Shown in pieces: positions 43,838-53,846 of a DNA stretch of 64,000 nt; within the stretch, counting starts at the first letter, position 1, and each line of letters begins with the position of its first letter. The notes beneath the pieces are model-generated. The model saw only the letters and a list, made by a program, of their open reading frames with translations. It had not been told where the DNA came from and made no database searches. The translations under genes were made by a program, and so were the position numbers. This DNA is from an uncultured Candidatus Saccharibacteria bacterium. Lineage in GTDB: Bacteria; Patescibacteriota; Saccharimonadia; Saccharimonadales; JAGQNJ01. The DNA lies in the NCBI GenBank assembly GCA_964577565.1, contig CAZNZL010000001.1:270566-334565 (forward strand), read 5' to 3'.

Positions 43838-44573
43838 CGACACGGATCCTCTTAAGTAGCTGTTCGCCCAGCACTCGGTTGCGTGGATCAGGCTCGGCAA
43901 CTCTTTTTGTTATATTAATAATCTCTTGAGCCGTAGTTCTTACTCCCTCTGCTTTATTGTTGATCCATGCAAGGGCATTGCCCTGACTTAAAGACCATTC
44001 AAGGCTAAGCTCAGCCTCAGCAACACGCTTTTTTGTTTCTTCAAGACCCGTTAACTCCATGCGCTTACGAACACGCTGCCACCACTCCTCGCTTGATGCA
44101 ACTACAGCAAACTCAGTCCGTTCCTCAAAGGGAAGCCTTCTAAATTGTTCTACAGATGATGAAAGTATGTCGAGCATTGGGTAGCGCGCTTCGTAATCAG
44201 GCAATCGTGATCCATATATAGACTTAGTGGTCGGATGAACGGCAAATTGCACTAAATCACGACTCCACACTTCATCGACAATACCAGTAACATGTTCGAC
44301 ATCGTGTGGAATAAACTCGTAAAACTCATCACTCTCACCTGGACGTCTTTCTCGTGTTGTAAAGCCAGTACTAGCTTGAAAATCTGCGTCAAGTTGAGAA
44401 ATAGCCCCCATAACTGTAGTTTTACCCACCGCTATCGGACCGATCACCAAAATAGCGTGCTTAGCATTCCTTAATTCTTCAGCAACCCGTTCGTTGGGAA
44501 CATAGTCTGATTCTTGTGACCGCAGATACGCAACATGCCCTTCTAGTTCTGTATGTGCTTCAACTAACTGCAT
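43821..44573 (-). CDS. P-loop protein with guanylate-kinase-like core
   Basis: Walker A GPIAVGKTT and GFTTRERRPGESDEFYEF (Gmk-like TTRxxRxGE). Confidence 0.5.
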   Translation of the reverse strand: MQLVEAHTELEGHVAYLRSQESDYVPNERVAEELRNAKHAILVIGPIAVGKTTVMGAISQLDADFQASTGFTTRERRPGESDEFYEFIPHDVEHVTGIVDEVWSRDLVQFAVHPTTKSIYGSRLPDYEARYPMLDILSSSVEQFRRLPFEERTEFAVVASSEEWWQRVRKRMELTGLEETKKRVAEAELSLEWSLSQGNALAWINNKAEGVRTTAQEIINITKRVAEPDPRNRVLGEQLLKRIRVAKTEL

Positions 44574-44624
44574 TGACTCTCGCTTTGGCTCACTATTTTA
44601 TAATTTGGTAAATAATTTGCAACA

Positions 44625-47495
44625 TCACACAACAAAATTAATTAGCTTATTGGGAACGTAAATCACCTTTTTTGGTTGATTGTTTAGGTAACTTGCAACT
44701 TTGTCATCGGCCTTTGCGGCTTGCTCAATATCTTCTTGCGAACTGTCTATAGGCAGTTGAATGTTGGCACGAACTTTACCATTAACTTGCACAACTATGG
44801 TCACCTTTTGGCTCATTAAGTATGCGTCATCGTGCACCGGCCAGTCGCTTGTATGAACAGACGATGTATTGCCTAAATCATGCCATAATTCTTCAGCAAT
44901 ATGAGGGGCAAATGGCGCTAGTAACTTTAGCAAGGTTTCAGTCGTTGCGTGCCATTCTTTGGCAGTAAAGCCATCTTTAGCTTTGATTTTATACAGCGTA
45001 TTTACGTATTCCATAAGGCTAGCAATCGCTGTGTTGAAGCCCAGCACTTCAAGATCTTTGCTCACTTTAGCGATTGTTTGATGCGTTATAGTCATGAGCT
45101 CATGATTGTTGGTACTGTTTTTTGCGTCAGCCGCAATATACTCTTGCACAAGCGTCCACACCCGCTGCAAGAACCGAAACGTTCCGCCTATACCTTCAAC
45201 ACTCCAGTTTGCGGACTGGTTCCAGGGGCCAATAAAGAGCTCCATAAGCCGTATTGAGTCGGCTCCGTACCCTTGGTCAATTAAACCATCGGGCTCTATA
45301 GTGTTACCCTTGCTTTTACTCATTTTGAGACCATCTGGCGCCAAAATCATACCCTGGTTACGCAGCGTTGTGAATGGTTCAGTGAAGTTTACTAACCCTT
45401 CATCATACATAACCTTAGTCCAAAAACGAGCATATAACAGGTGCATCACCGCGTGTTCAGCCCCGCCAATGTAGTCGTCCACAGGCAACCAAAAGGCTGC
45501 CTTTTCTTTACTGAACGCCTGTGTGTCATTATGCGGGTCTGCAAAGCGCAAGAAATACCAGCTGCTACAGGCAAAGCCGTCCATGGTGTCGGTCTCGCGT
45601 TCGGCCGGTCCACTGCACGTTGGACACGTTGTGTTTACAAACTCTTGTACATTCGCAAGCGGACTGCGGCCATCACCACTCGGCTCAAATTTGGAAAGCT
45701 CTGGTAACTCAACAGGCAGCTGATCCTCGGGCACCGGTACAATGCCACATTTCTGACAGTGAATGATCGGAATTGGTGCACCCCAATAACGTTGACGACT
45801 AATAAGCCAGTCACGCATCTTGTAATTTACCTTCTCTTCGCCCACGCTTTTTTTAGATAAATCTGCCACGATTTTGTCACGCGCCTCGCTCGAACTCATA
45901 CCATTATACGTTCCAGAATTTGTCATCACCCCTTCGCCATGAAAACACTTACCGTTAATGAATTTATCAAATGCGTATCGATGTAGCGGCTCAATTATTT
46001 CTTTATCACCAACTGCTTGAGATACCCATTCAACTGTAAAATTACCCTTTTCTGAGTCGTCAAGCTTCTGTTCTTGTTGAGCTTCAGACTTTAAGCGAAG
46101 TTTCACAAATCTTGCTTTAATCTCGTGAGTTTCGTCTTTTGAAAACGCATAATATTTGTAATGAAATGTTTCGTCACCGACCTCTTCTACCTCAAGATCT
46201 GTATAGCCAGTTTCTTCGATTACCTCACGCAATGCTGTCATCTCAGGAGACTCACTAGCTTCAGCAGTTCCACCAACAAACAAGCGACCGCCTTTTTTGC
46301 CCCAGTTTATTGTGAGGAGTTCGTTTCTGTCATTGGTAACGAGTGCAACTATTTTGTCTTTTTTTAGATCGGCTGTCTTGTCCTGTGCATCCTCACGAAC
46401 AGCCTCCGGATCGACAACATGTACAACCGGTAGGTCAAATTTTTTGGCAAATTCATGGTCACGCTCATCATGAGCAGGGACGGCCATAATAGCACCAGTG
46501 CCGTAGCCCATCAGTACGTAGTCGGCAATCCAGATAGGAATTTTTTTATCGGTAGCAGGATTAATGGCATATGCGCCAGTAAAAACACCAGTTTTTTCAC
46601 GCTCCGTTTCTTGGCGTTCTATGTCACTTTTGCTTTGTGCCTGTTTGATGTAGTCTTTGATGGCTTGCTTTTGATTACTTGTTGTAATTTTGTCTACTAG
46701 CGGATGTTCGGGGGCCAACACCATAAAGGTCGCGCCAAATAACGTATCTGGTCGAGTCGTAAACACTTTGAGCACATCGCCACTACCATCAATCTTAAAG
46801 TCAATTTCAGCACCCTTACTTTTACCGATCCAGTTGCGCTGCATCGACTTAATTGCTTCAGACCAATCAAGATTATCAAGATCAGCTAATAAACGCTCGG
46901 CATAGTCGGTTATCTTAAAGAACCATTGTTTCAGGGCTTTCTTTTCAACATCGTTACCGCAGCGCCAGCATTTGCCGGCTTCTACTTGCTCGTTTGCCAG
47001 CACCGTTTTATCAACCGGACACCACCACTGTAAGCTTTCTTGCTGATACGCTAAACCTTTTTTATATAGCAACAAAAAGAACCATTGCGTCCATTTGTAA
47101 TAATCTGGGTCAGTACTGTCGATCTCGCGCGACCAATCATAACCAAACCCCATTTGCATAAGCTGCTGTTTAAAACGCGCGGTGTTTTCATCAATCGCCT
47201 TGCGGGGCGTTATGCCGGTTTTCAAGGCATAATTCTCTGCTGGCAGACCAAATGCATCCCAACCCATTGGATGTAACACGTTATATCCGCGCATGCGGTT
47301 AAAGCGGGCGGTGGCATCACCAATGGTATAGTTGCGCACGTGACCAACATGCATGGCTGCGCCGCTGGGGTACGGGAAATATTCTAAGATGTATCTTTTT
47401 GGCTTATCTGAATCTTCACGTGCATGGTGAATACCGGCCGCTTCCCATTTTTCTTGCCATTTGGGTTCAATTTCTTTTGGATTATATCGTTTCAT
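44625..47495 (-). CDS. leuS: leucine--tRNA ligase with an inserted Nudix-like domain
   Basis: HVGH (HIGH), TTRPDT and GTGAIMAVPAHDERD (CP1 editing domain), KMSKS. About aa 362-520 is extra relative to my memory of E. coli LeuRS and contains a perfect Nudix box. Confidence 0.95.
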   Translation of the reverse strand: MKRYNPKEIEPKWQEKWEAAGIHHAREDSDKPKRYILEYFPYPSGAAMHVGHVRNYTIGDATARFNRMRGYNVLHPMGWDAFGLPAENYALKTGITPRKAIDENTARFKQQLMQMGFGYDWSREIDSTDPDYYKWTQWFFLLLYKKGLAYQQESLQWWCPVDKTVLANEQVEAGKCWRCGNDVEKKALKQWFFKITDYAERLLADLDNLDWSEAIKSMQRNWIGKSKGAEIDFKIDGSGDVLKVFTTRPDTLFGATFMVLAPEHPLVDKITTSNQKQAIKDYIKQAQSKSDIERQETEREKTGVFTGAYAINPATDKKIPIWIADYVLMGYGTGAIMAVPAHDERDHEFAKKFDLPVVHVVDPEAVREDAQDKTADLKKDKIVALVTNDRNELLTINWGKKGGRLFVGGTAEASESPEMTALREVIEETGYTDLEVEEVGDETFHYKYYAFSKDETHEIKARFVKLRLKSEAQQEQKLDDSEKGNFTVEWVSQAVGDKEIIEPLHRYAFDKFINGKCFHGEGVMTNSGTYNGMSSSEARDKIVADLSKKSVGEEKVNYKMRDWLISRQRYWGAPIPIIHCQKCGIVPVPEDQLPVELPELSKFEPSGDGRSPLANVQEFVNTTCPTCSGPAERETDTMDGFACSSWYFLRFADPHNDTQAFSKEKAAFWLPVDDYIGGAEHAVMHLLYARFWTKVMYDEGLVNFTEPFTTLRNQGMILAPDGLKMSKSKGNTIEPDGLIDQGYGADSIRLMELFIGPWNQSANWSVEGIGGTFRFLQRVWTLVQEYIAADAKNSTNNHELMTITHQTIAKVSKDLEVLGFNTAIASLMEYVNTLYKIKAKDGFTAKEWHATTETLLKLLAPFAPHIAEELWHDLGNTSSVHTSDWPVHDDAYLMSQKVTIVVQVNGKVRANIQLPIDSSQEDIEQAAKADDKVASYLNNQPKKVIYVPNKLINFVV

Positions 47496-47622
47496 CCGGA
47501 TAGAATACTCGCCTTCTTTAATGAGTTGTTATTTACATTTGAATAGTTTAGAAACCCGTTTAAATTCTACTGGGATTCATCAGGGGTAATTATACCATCT
47601 TAACAGATAGAGCGGTAGATCA

Positions 47623-48549
47623 TTAGAGCTGGGTTAGATGAGTTGAAGCTAACGGATGAGTACCGTGCAACAATTCATTATGCAGCTTACCAAGTCTGTC
47701 GGTTACCGGACCACCTTGACCATCGCCTATCATTCGGGCGTCAATTTCTTTAACTGAGGCCACAAAAGCCGAAGTTCCACAAATAAATACTTCGTCTGCA
47801 ACGTATAGCTCTGTTAAATCAACGGTACGCTGCTCTAGCTTATAGCCTTCTTGTTCAGCCAGCTCAATAATCGTTTTTCGGTTGATGCCTTCAAGCAAAT
47901 CACTAGTTGTGTCGGGCGTAATGATACAGCCATTTTTAACTAAAAAGATATTAGCGGCTGAAAGCTCGCAGACATGACCAAATGAATCCAAAAATATACA
48001 GTCATCGTAGCCGCTATCAATAGCGTCTTGCTTAGCCAGTACAGAGTTAACGTAAGCACCATTGACTTTTGCTCGTGCCGGAATAGCATCATCGGGCACT
48101 CGTCGCCATACGCTCGTTTTAAGCCGAGCGCCATCCCGCGGCACAATTGCGTTAGCGGGGTAAATAAATATACTGAGCGTTGTTTTTAATCCTCGTGATC
48201 GAGTACCGGGAACTAGCTCGTTGACATGCACCGATGCCCTGACAAAGACATCGCTTTGTACATCATTGTTGCTAATTAACTCCTTGACGGCTTGTTCAAA
48301 TTTAATGAAATCCCACTGCTTCTCAAAATCATCAATGCCAATAATCTTAGACGATTCGCTTAACCGATTAAAATGATCTTTAAGGCGAAATGCCGCTAAC
48401 CCCTGAGGGGTTTTATTTACCGCAAAAACGGTGTACACGCTCAATCCATACAGTACAGCCGAGGAGGCAATACTTAAATTTGCTTCATTAAACGGAATTA
48501 GTTTATCACCAAAGTAAACCTTGGCTGTCTGAAAATTAAATTCACTCAT
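47623..48549 (-). CDS. class IV aminotransferase (branched-chain or D-amino-acid aminotransferase)
   Basis: Fold-type IV pattern (NANLSIASSAVLYG..., ...EGINRKTII...). Lies next to ddl/murF. Confidence 0.8.
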   Translation of the reverse strand: MSEFNFQTAKVYFGDKLIPFNEANLSIASSAVLYGLSVYTVFAVNKTPQGLAAFRLKDHFNRLSESSKIIGIDDFEKQWDFIKFEQAVKELISNNDVQSDVFVRASVHVNELVPGTRSRGLKTTLSIFIYPANAIVPRDGARLKTSVWRRVPDDAIPARAKVNGAYVNSVLAKQDAIDSGYDDCIFLDSFGHVCELSAANIFLVKNGCIITPDTTSDLLEGINRKTIIELAEQEGYKLEQRTVDLTELYVADEVFICGTSAFVASVKEIDARMIGDGQGGPVTDRLGKLHNELLHGTHPLASTHLTQL

Positions 48550-48557
48550 AAGACCAA

Positions 48558-49535
48558 TTATACTCCGTGGCGTCGTAAACCGGCCGCAATTATTAAGTCA
48601 AGCATTTCACTAAAAGATATCCCCGCTGCCTGAGCTTGTTGCGGCAGTATACTTGTTTCTGTCATGCCGGGAAGCGTGTTAATCTCTATGACAACAATTT
48701 CATTATCTTGAATAATCATATCGGTACGTGAATATCCTTCGCAACCAATCGTGTCATGCACCCGCAAGGCTATTGTTTGTATTTTTGAAACGACTGTTTC
48801 GGGTAAGTTTGGCGGTGTAATCTCGTCGGCTGCGCCCTTAGTGTACTTGGCATCGTAGTCAAAAAAGTCCGATTCTAGAGGAATCAACTCTGTTGGTGGT
48901 AAAGCGTGGAGCACACCCTTTTCATCCTCAATGACTCCGACAGACACTTCATTTCCTGTAATATATTCTTGAATAAGAACCTTATCATCTGCTTGCAGCG
49001 CCAATTGCATCGCTGGTACGAGCTGTGTCGCATCTGTAACTTTAGCAACACCAAAACTGGAGCCTTGTGCAACTGGCTTAACAATCACCGGTAAAGAGAA
49101 ACCCTCAAGTATTGCTGTTATATCTTCTGTAAAGCCATGGGTAAACACTTTTTCGTTAGGTACATTAAAACCAGCTTTTTGTAGTACTTTTGCGGTTTGA
49201 TCTTTGTGCATAGCCAATCGGCTAGCTCCACTCCCTGACCCACTAAAGGGAATATGTCGTTGCTCTAATAATCGTTGAATCGTTCCGTCCTCACCAAACG
49301 TCCCATGGAGCGCAATAAGTATAAAATCAACGTTTTGCTTCAAGTATTCTAGAGCATCATCAAGTGAGTATGTTGTGTTTTTGATTTGCCATTTATTATC
49401 GCGACTGATTTCAACTGCATGGATATCGTACTTAGCTTTATCTAATGCCGTAACAATTGCTTGTCCTGAGTTGAGCGACACATCATGCTCTCGCGATGGT
49501 CCTCCATATACAACTGCAACTTTTTGTTTAGCCAT
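48558..49535 (-). CDS. ddl: D-alanine--D-alanine ligase
   Basis: VVYGGPSREHDVSL N-terminus, ATP-grasp core, EINTLPGMT near the C-terminus. Confidence 0.92.
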   Translation of the reverse strand: MAKQKVAVVYGGPSREHDVSLNSGQAIVTALDKAKYDIHAVEISRDNKWQIKNTTYSLDDALEYLKQNVDFILIALHGTFGEDGTIQRLLEQRHIPFSGSGSGASRLAMHKDQTAKVLQKAGFNVPNEKVFTHGFTEDITAILEGFSLPVIVKPVAQGSSFGVAKVTDATQLVPAMQLALQADDKVLIQEYITGNEVSVGVIEDEKGVLHALPPTELIPLESDFFDYDAKYTKGAADEITPPNLPETVVSKIQTIALRVHDTIGCEGYSRTDMIIQDNEIVVIEINTLPGMTETSILPQQAQAAGISFSEMLDLIIAAGLRRHGV

Positions 49536-50796
49536 GCTTAAAGTTTTTTGCTTTAATTTTTTGCCATGATTTACTCTGTCGTACTAGCTTACTGCTATCT
49601 TTGGGGTCAGCCAGCAATATTTTAACTGCTTCTTCCATATAGACATTGTTTTGCGAGCCCTTAGCTAACACAACCGTCTTGTCTTTTAGTTGTTGCTTTA
49701 CATATGCTCCTAACTCGTAAGGTGAGTTGAAGCGTTTCACCTCACATCCATTAGTCTCAGCGGTAGCCGCAAGATACTTGTTTGCATCAGGGCCAAGGGT
49801 AACGACCAAATCGAGTTTCTTGGGGTCACAGTACTGACCAACTCGTGTATGCTCTGCCTCTGCAAAGTCACCAAGTTCATTCATATTGCCAAGAAGAGCA
49901 ATTTTGTGCTGTGCTTTTTCAGCATATAACACACTAAGCGCAGCAATTGTCGCATCGGGGCTAGCATTATACGTGTCATCAATAATAAGAGAGTTATTAA
50001 CACCCGCAAGGCGCTTCATTCTGCCGGATACGGGCGATAGTGTTGTTGAGGCTTGTTTAATTTGCTCTTTACTTAGCCCAATCTTGTCCGCTACCGCTGC
50101 AGCCAACACCAGTGAATAGACCTCGGCTTTCGAGTAAAAACTACCCTCTAGTTTCAGCCACTGAGAGCCATTTTTCTGTAGATTTACCGTTGAATTTTTA
50201 CCCAATTTAATTGTTGTAGCTTGTACATCAGCATCTTTCGTGCCAACGGTTACGATTGGCTTAGTAACGCTCTCCGTAAACCGAGCATCAGTAAGATCAC
50301 TGTTAATAATAAGCTTGTCAGAAAAGCCCTGGACCGATAATTCTTCTGCTGCAACGGCATCAATCGAGTCAAACGACTCCATATGTTCAGGCGCGATAGC
50401 GGTAACCACAGCAATATTAACGTTAAGATACTTACGAAACCCTGCAATTTGCCCTGGCCCGTCGGTGCCAAGCTCAACTACCACTACTTCATATGGGTAA
50501 CGCCTATGCAACCTAACCTCATTTGTAATTACTATATGTAACCAGGCAATAGGGTTAAGGATATTTGGCATACTGCGCCCAAAAAAGACTAAAGGCACAG
50601 AGACATGGTCATTATAATTGCCCTCTTGCCACTGAACTTTTTTACCCGCCGAAAGCATGCGAGCTATGGCAAATTTGGTACTCGTTTTACCTATACTGCC
50701 AACCACGGCAACAACTGTAAAATCGTTTTTTGCCCTCAACCGCCGGACTTGCCAACCAAGTATTGCAACTAATAAAGCTTTAAGACGTTTCTTCAT
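49528..50796 (-). CDS. murF: UDP-N-acetylmuramoyl-tripeptide--D-alanyl-D-alanine ligase
   Basis: Mur ligase P-loop VGSIGKTST, DDTYNASP motif, overlaps the ddl start. Confidence 0.85.
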   Translation of the reverse strand: MKKRLKALLVAILGWQVRRLRAKNDFTVVAVVGSIGKTSTKFAIARMLSAGKKVQWQEGNYNDHVSVPLVFFGRSMPNILNPIAWLHIVITNEVRLHRRYPYEVVVVELGTDGPGQIAGFRKYLNVNIAVVTAIAPEHMESFDSIDAVAAEELSVQGFSDKLIINSDLTDARFTESVTKPIVTVGTKDADVQATTIKLGKNSTVNLQKNGSQWLKLEGSFYSKAEVYSLVLAAAVADKIGLSKEQIKQASTTLSPVSGRMKRLAGVNNSLIIDDTYNASPDATIAALSVLYAEKAQHKIALLGNMNELGDFAEAEHTRVGQYCDPKKLDLVVTLGPDANKYLAATAETNGCEVKRFNSPYELGAYVKQQLKDKTVVLAKGSQNNVYMEEAVKILLADPKDSSKLVRQSKSWQKIKAKNFKHG

Positions 50797-50798
50797 AA

Positions 50799-51704
50799 TT
50801 ATTGGCTTGTATTTAATACTTCTTGTAACTTAGCTTCTAGTTCTTGCCGGCTTATGGGACTTTGTGGCAACTCAACAGGACGATTAATACCGTAAGCGGC
50901 GTATTCTTCGCTTCTATTTTGGTCTACATATTCAAGCTTTGTGAGGCTTCGGCTTAAGACATCGGTTGTAAGTTTAACACTAATAGCTGGTGCGTCATTA
51001 TAGGCTTTGGGGTCAAGCCCGCTGGTTAGTTCTAGCCCGAGCATTTTGTCATATTGTTTTATTAACTCAATATATTTTTTGGTGTTAAGCTTGGCCGGAT
51101 ATACATATACCGAGCGCCCGTTTTGCTTTGTACGCTCTACGTTTTTATAATTTACTTCATACATGTTGTCGCCTACAATTTTTGCAAGCAACTCGGCACG
51201 CTTTTCTGCGGGCAAATATCCAAATAATACTGCACCAAATACAGCCTCGGTAAAGACATTTTCATTACTTTGATGAGTAGCTTGCTTTCCCCATACATTT
51301 ATTAATGATGAAAAATCGGGGTTTGGTTTGTTGTTTTGAGCCGGAATTTCAATATCGGTATAGCGTACGTAATTATTGGTAGTATCGCCGATGGTTTGTG
51401 TGGCAATTTTTGTGTTACCCGTATCGCTCTGCTGACTAATGGTAGTGCGTACATCTACGTAGGTATGTGCACCAAAATAGGCTTGAGAAACCTGCTCTAA
51501 TGAACCCGTTTGATCTTCTTGTTTGACTGTTTTTGTTACACCCGGTGTACTCAAACTATTACTAAGCATTGCCCTAAAGACAGTTTTGGGGCTTGTATAA
51601 ACAACTACCCACCAAAGCCAAATTAAACCTAGTAGTAAACAGATGCCGACAATAACACTCGTCTTAATGTATACAAGCTTTGTTTCGCTATCGATTTTTG
51701 CCAC
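50799..51704 (-). CDS. membrane-anchored hypothetical protein
   Basis: 301 aa with one N-terminal TM helix. No motif recognised. Confidence 0.5.
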   Translation of the reverse strand: MAKIDSETKLVYIKTSVIVGICLLLGLIWLWWVVVYTSPKTVFRAMLSNSLSTPGVTKTVKQEDQTGSLEQVSQAYFGAHTYVDVRTTISQQSDTGNTKIATQTIGDTTNNYVRYTDIEIPAQNNKPNPDFSSLINVWGKQATHQSNENVFTEAVFGAVLFGYLPAEKRAELLAKIVGDNMYEVNYKNVERTKQNGRSVYVYPAKLNTKKYIELIKQYDKMLGLELTSGLDPKAYNDAPAISVKLTTDVLSRSLTKLEYVDQNRSEEYAAYGINRPVELPQSPISRQELEAKLQEVLNTSQ

Positions 51705-51777
51705 ACATTAATTGTAGCAAGAAAGCTGTCCCACCTGGTCAATAAAGACAAAGTATTGTAAAATCTTTCTGTTAATT

Positions 51778-51854
51778 GGGGTGTTAGCTCAGTTGGCTAG
51801 AGCGTTTGCCTGGCAGGCAAAAGGTCACCGGTTCGAGCCCGGTACACTCCACCA
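51778..51854 (+). tRNA. tRNA-Ala (anticodon GGC)
   Basis: Acceptor GGGGUGU/ACACUCC with the G3-U70 Ala identity pair, anticodon loop CU-GGC-AG, GGTTCGAGCCC T arm, encoded ACCA. Confidence 0.9.
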
Positions 51855-51908
51855 AACTGAATTCTAAAGTCTCCGTGTATGGAGGCTTTTTAGGTTATAC
51901 TTTACATA

Positions 51909-53174
51909 ATGAAACGCCCTATAGCTGGCACACTTATTATTGCTTCCGTTGCCTTAATGCCTGTCGTTTTATGGAGTTTATTTGGGTGGCGTGACATTAC
52001 GTGGGATGTAATCGCTCGTTGGGCAGGCTTAATTGGCCTATCCCTGCTCTCGGTTAATGTGATTCTAAGCGCTCGGCTTAAAATTTTGGGTAAATTATTT
52101 CATGGCCTTGATAGGATGTATCGTGTACATCACATAATTGGCTGCTTAACGCTTCTAGCCCTTTTGTTACATTCAAATATTCTTATTCTATTACATACGA
52201 ATATATCGGTGCGGGCTGGTTATCTCTTCTTAACTGACACGAGTGACCTTGGGCTTATTGCTGGCCGGTTTGGTTTATTGCTGCTCATAAGCGCCATGAT
52301 CGTTGTGCTGTATTTTAAAGTAAAGTATCAATGGTTTATTACTGCGCAACGTGTCATGGGAGCAGTGGTATTTGTCGGCGGTTATCATGCTCTGTTCGTT
52401 AACGGTAGTGATATACGGCGAATTACACCTTTATTTATATATATGCTGGCATTGGGCGGTACCGCTGCGGCGATTTACCTTTACCGATCAGTGTTTCATC
52501 GCTCACTGCAACGTCCTTACGATTACGTCATCGAGTCGGTCAACGTAAAAGAACTCGTTACTATCGTAACCCTAAAACCACTGAGTAACCCCTTGCAACA
52601 CTACGCTGGTCAATTTGCATTCGTTCGTTTTGACAGCAAGGCAGTTCCCAGTGAACAGCACCCGTTCACTATTAGCTCAGGTTCTTCAAGCGACCATCTT
52701 ATCTTCAGTATCAAGAATGTTGGGGACTACACTGGCCAAGTCACTCGCCTTAAACCTGGTGACCAGGCTCGTGTTGACGGCCCGTATGGCCAATTTTCGG
52801 CTACTAAAATAGGTGGCGAACATCAGACCTGGGTAGCAGGTGGCATTGGCATTACACCTTTTTTATCCATGGCTCGCAGTAACCTTAATGGCATTAAAAT
52901 TGACCTTTATTATTCTGTTAAACAACAATCTGAAGCTATTTTTTTGGCCGAGCTTGAAAAAATCGCCGCAAAAAATCCTTTGTTCCGAGTTTTTCCCATA
53001 TATACTGATAAAGACGGTTTTTTAACGGCTAAGGCTATCAAGCAAAAAACCGGTTTTGGTCACGAGATATTACTCTGCGGCCCACCGCCCATGATGAAAA
53101 GTCTTGAAAAACAGCTTAATGCCATGGGTATTAAAAAAGCTAATATTCATTACGAGGAGTTCTCTCTATCATGA
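51909..53174 (+). CDS. ferric-reductase-like transmembrane domain fused to an FAD/NAD(P)-binding domain (NOX/FRE-like)
   Basis: Six TM helices with spaced His residues (HHIIG..., LLHS), then HPFTISS (FAD), GGIGITPF (NAD) and CGPPPM. Confidence 0.8.
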   Translation: MKRPIAGTLIIASVALMPVVLWSLFGWRDITWDVIARWAGLIGLSLLSVNVILSARLKILGKLFHGLDRMYRVHHIIGCLTLLALLLHSNILILLHTNISVRAGYLFLTDTSDLGLIAGRFGLLLLISAMIVVLYFKVKYQWFITAQRVMGAVVFVGGYHALFVNGSDIRRITPLFIYMLALGGTAAAIYLYRSVFHRSLQRPYDYVIESVNVKELVTIVTLKPLSNPLQHYAGQFAFVRFDSKAVPSEQHPFTISSGSSSDHLIFSIKNVGDYTGQVTRLKPGDQARVDGPYGQFSATKIGGEHQTWVAGGIGITPFLSMARSNLNGIKIDLYYSVKQQSEAIFLAELEKIAAKNPLFRVFPIYTDKDGFLTAKAIKQKTGFGHEILLCGPPPMMKSLEKQLNAMGIKKANIHYEEFSLS

Positions 53175-53584
53175 AAAAAATCGTTTTAATTGCGATCATT
53201 ATAACTACTGTAATCGCCGGTAGTGTACTGATTGGAGGTTATCTCGCTGGCAAAGATAAATCTACAAACCAAACAACCCCTACTACTCCATCAGAACAAC
53301 CTGGGCCACAAACTGAAACAACTCAAAACCAAACTCAAACATACACCGTAGATGAGGTAGAGCGACATAATAGCCACGATGATTGCTGGATCATAATTGA
53401 CAATAACGTATACAACGTGACTAATTTCTTAGATGAACATCCTGGTGGTTCAGACCGTATAAGACCGTACTGTGGTGAAGATGCAACCCAAGCCTTTAAT
53501 ACGCAAGGTGGCGAGGGTAGCCACTCATCAACCGCACGCAACCTTCGTGAGCAATACCTCATTGGCAGCCTTAGCGCCAATTAA
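53171..53584 (+). CDS. membrane-anchored cytochrome b5-like heme-binding protein
   Basis: HNSHDDCWIIIDNNVYNVTNFLDEHPGG is the cytochrome b5 signature. Its start overlaps the stop of the NOX-like gene. Confidence 0.8.
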   Translation: MKKIVLIAIIITTVIAGSVLIGGYLAGKDKSTNQTTPTTPSEQPGPQTETTQNQTQTYTVDEVERHNSHDDCWIIIDNNVYNVTNFLDEHPGGSDRIRPYCGEDATQAFNTQGGEGSHSSTARNLREQYLIGSLSAN

Positions 53585-53585
53585 G

Positions 53586-53798
53586 CTAACTATCTTCGTC
53601 GGGTTGAGCCTGTAACGTATTACGGTGCGCAATCAATGAACGATACGTAATTACCTCGGGTGAATCAGGATCTTCATATGGTATACCCGTTTTTTCATAC
53701 ATTTCAATCAGCGCTTCTGTGCGACTGAGCAGGTCGGTTTCTGTTATTTCAGGCTGGAATTCACCGTTTTCAGGTGGAGAAGGAGAAGTACTATCCAT
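53586..53798 (-). CDS. small acidic hypothetical protein
   Basis: 70-aa ORF with no motif. Confidence 0.35.
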   Translation of the reverse strand: MDSTSPSPPENGEFQPEITETDLLSRTEALIEMYEKTGIPYEDPDSPEVITYRSLIAHRNTLQAQPDEDS

Positions 53799-53813
53799 AA
53801 CTCAGTCTAGCAT

Positions 53814-53846
53814 AAAAACAGCCCGGGTAAACCAAGGCTGTTTTTT
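53814..53846. terminator. bidirectional hairpin flanked by A5 and T6 runs
   Basis: AAAAACAGCC-(12 nt)-GGCTGTTTTTT: a 7-bp stem with U-runs available on both strands. Confidence 0.45.
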
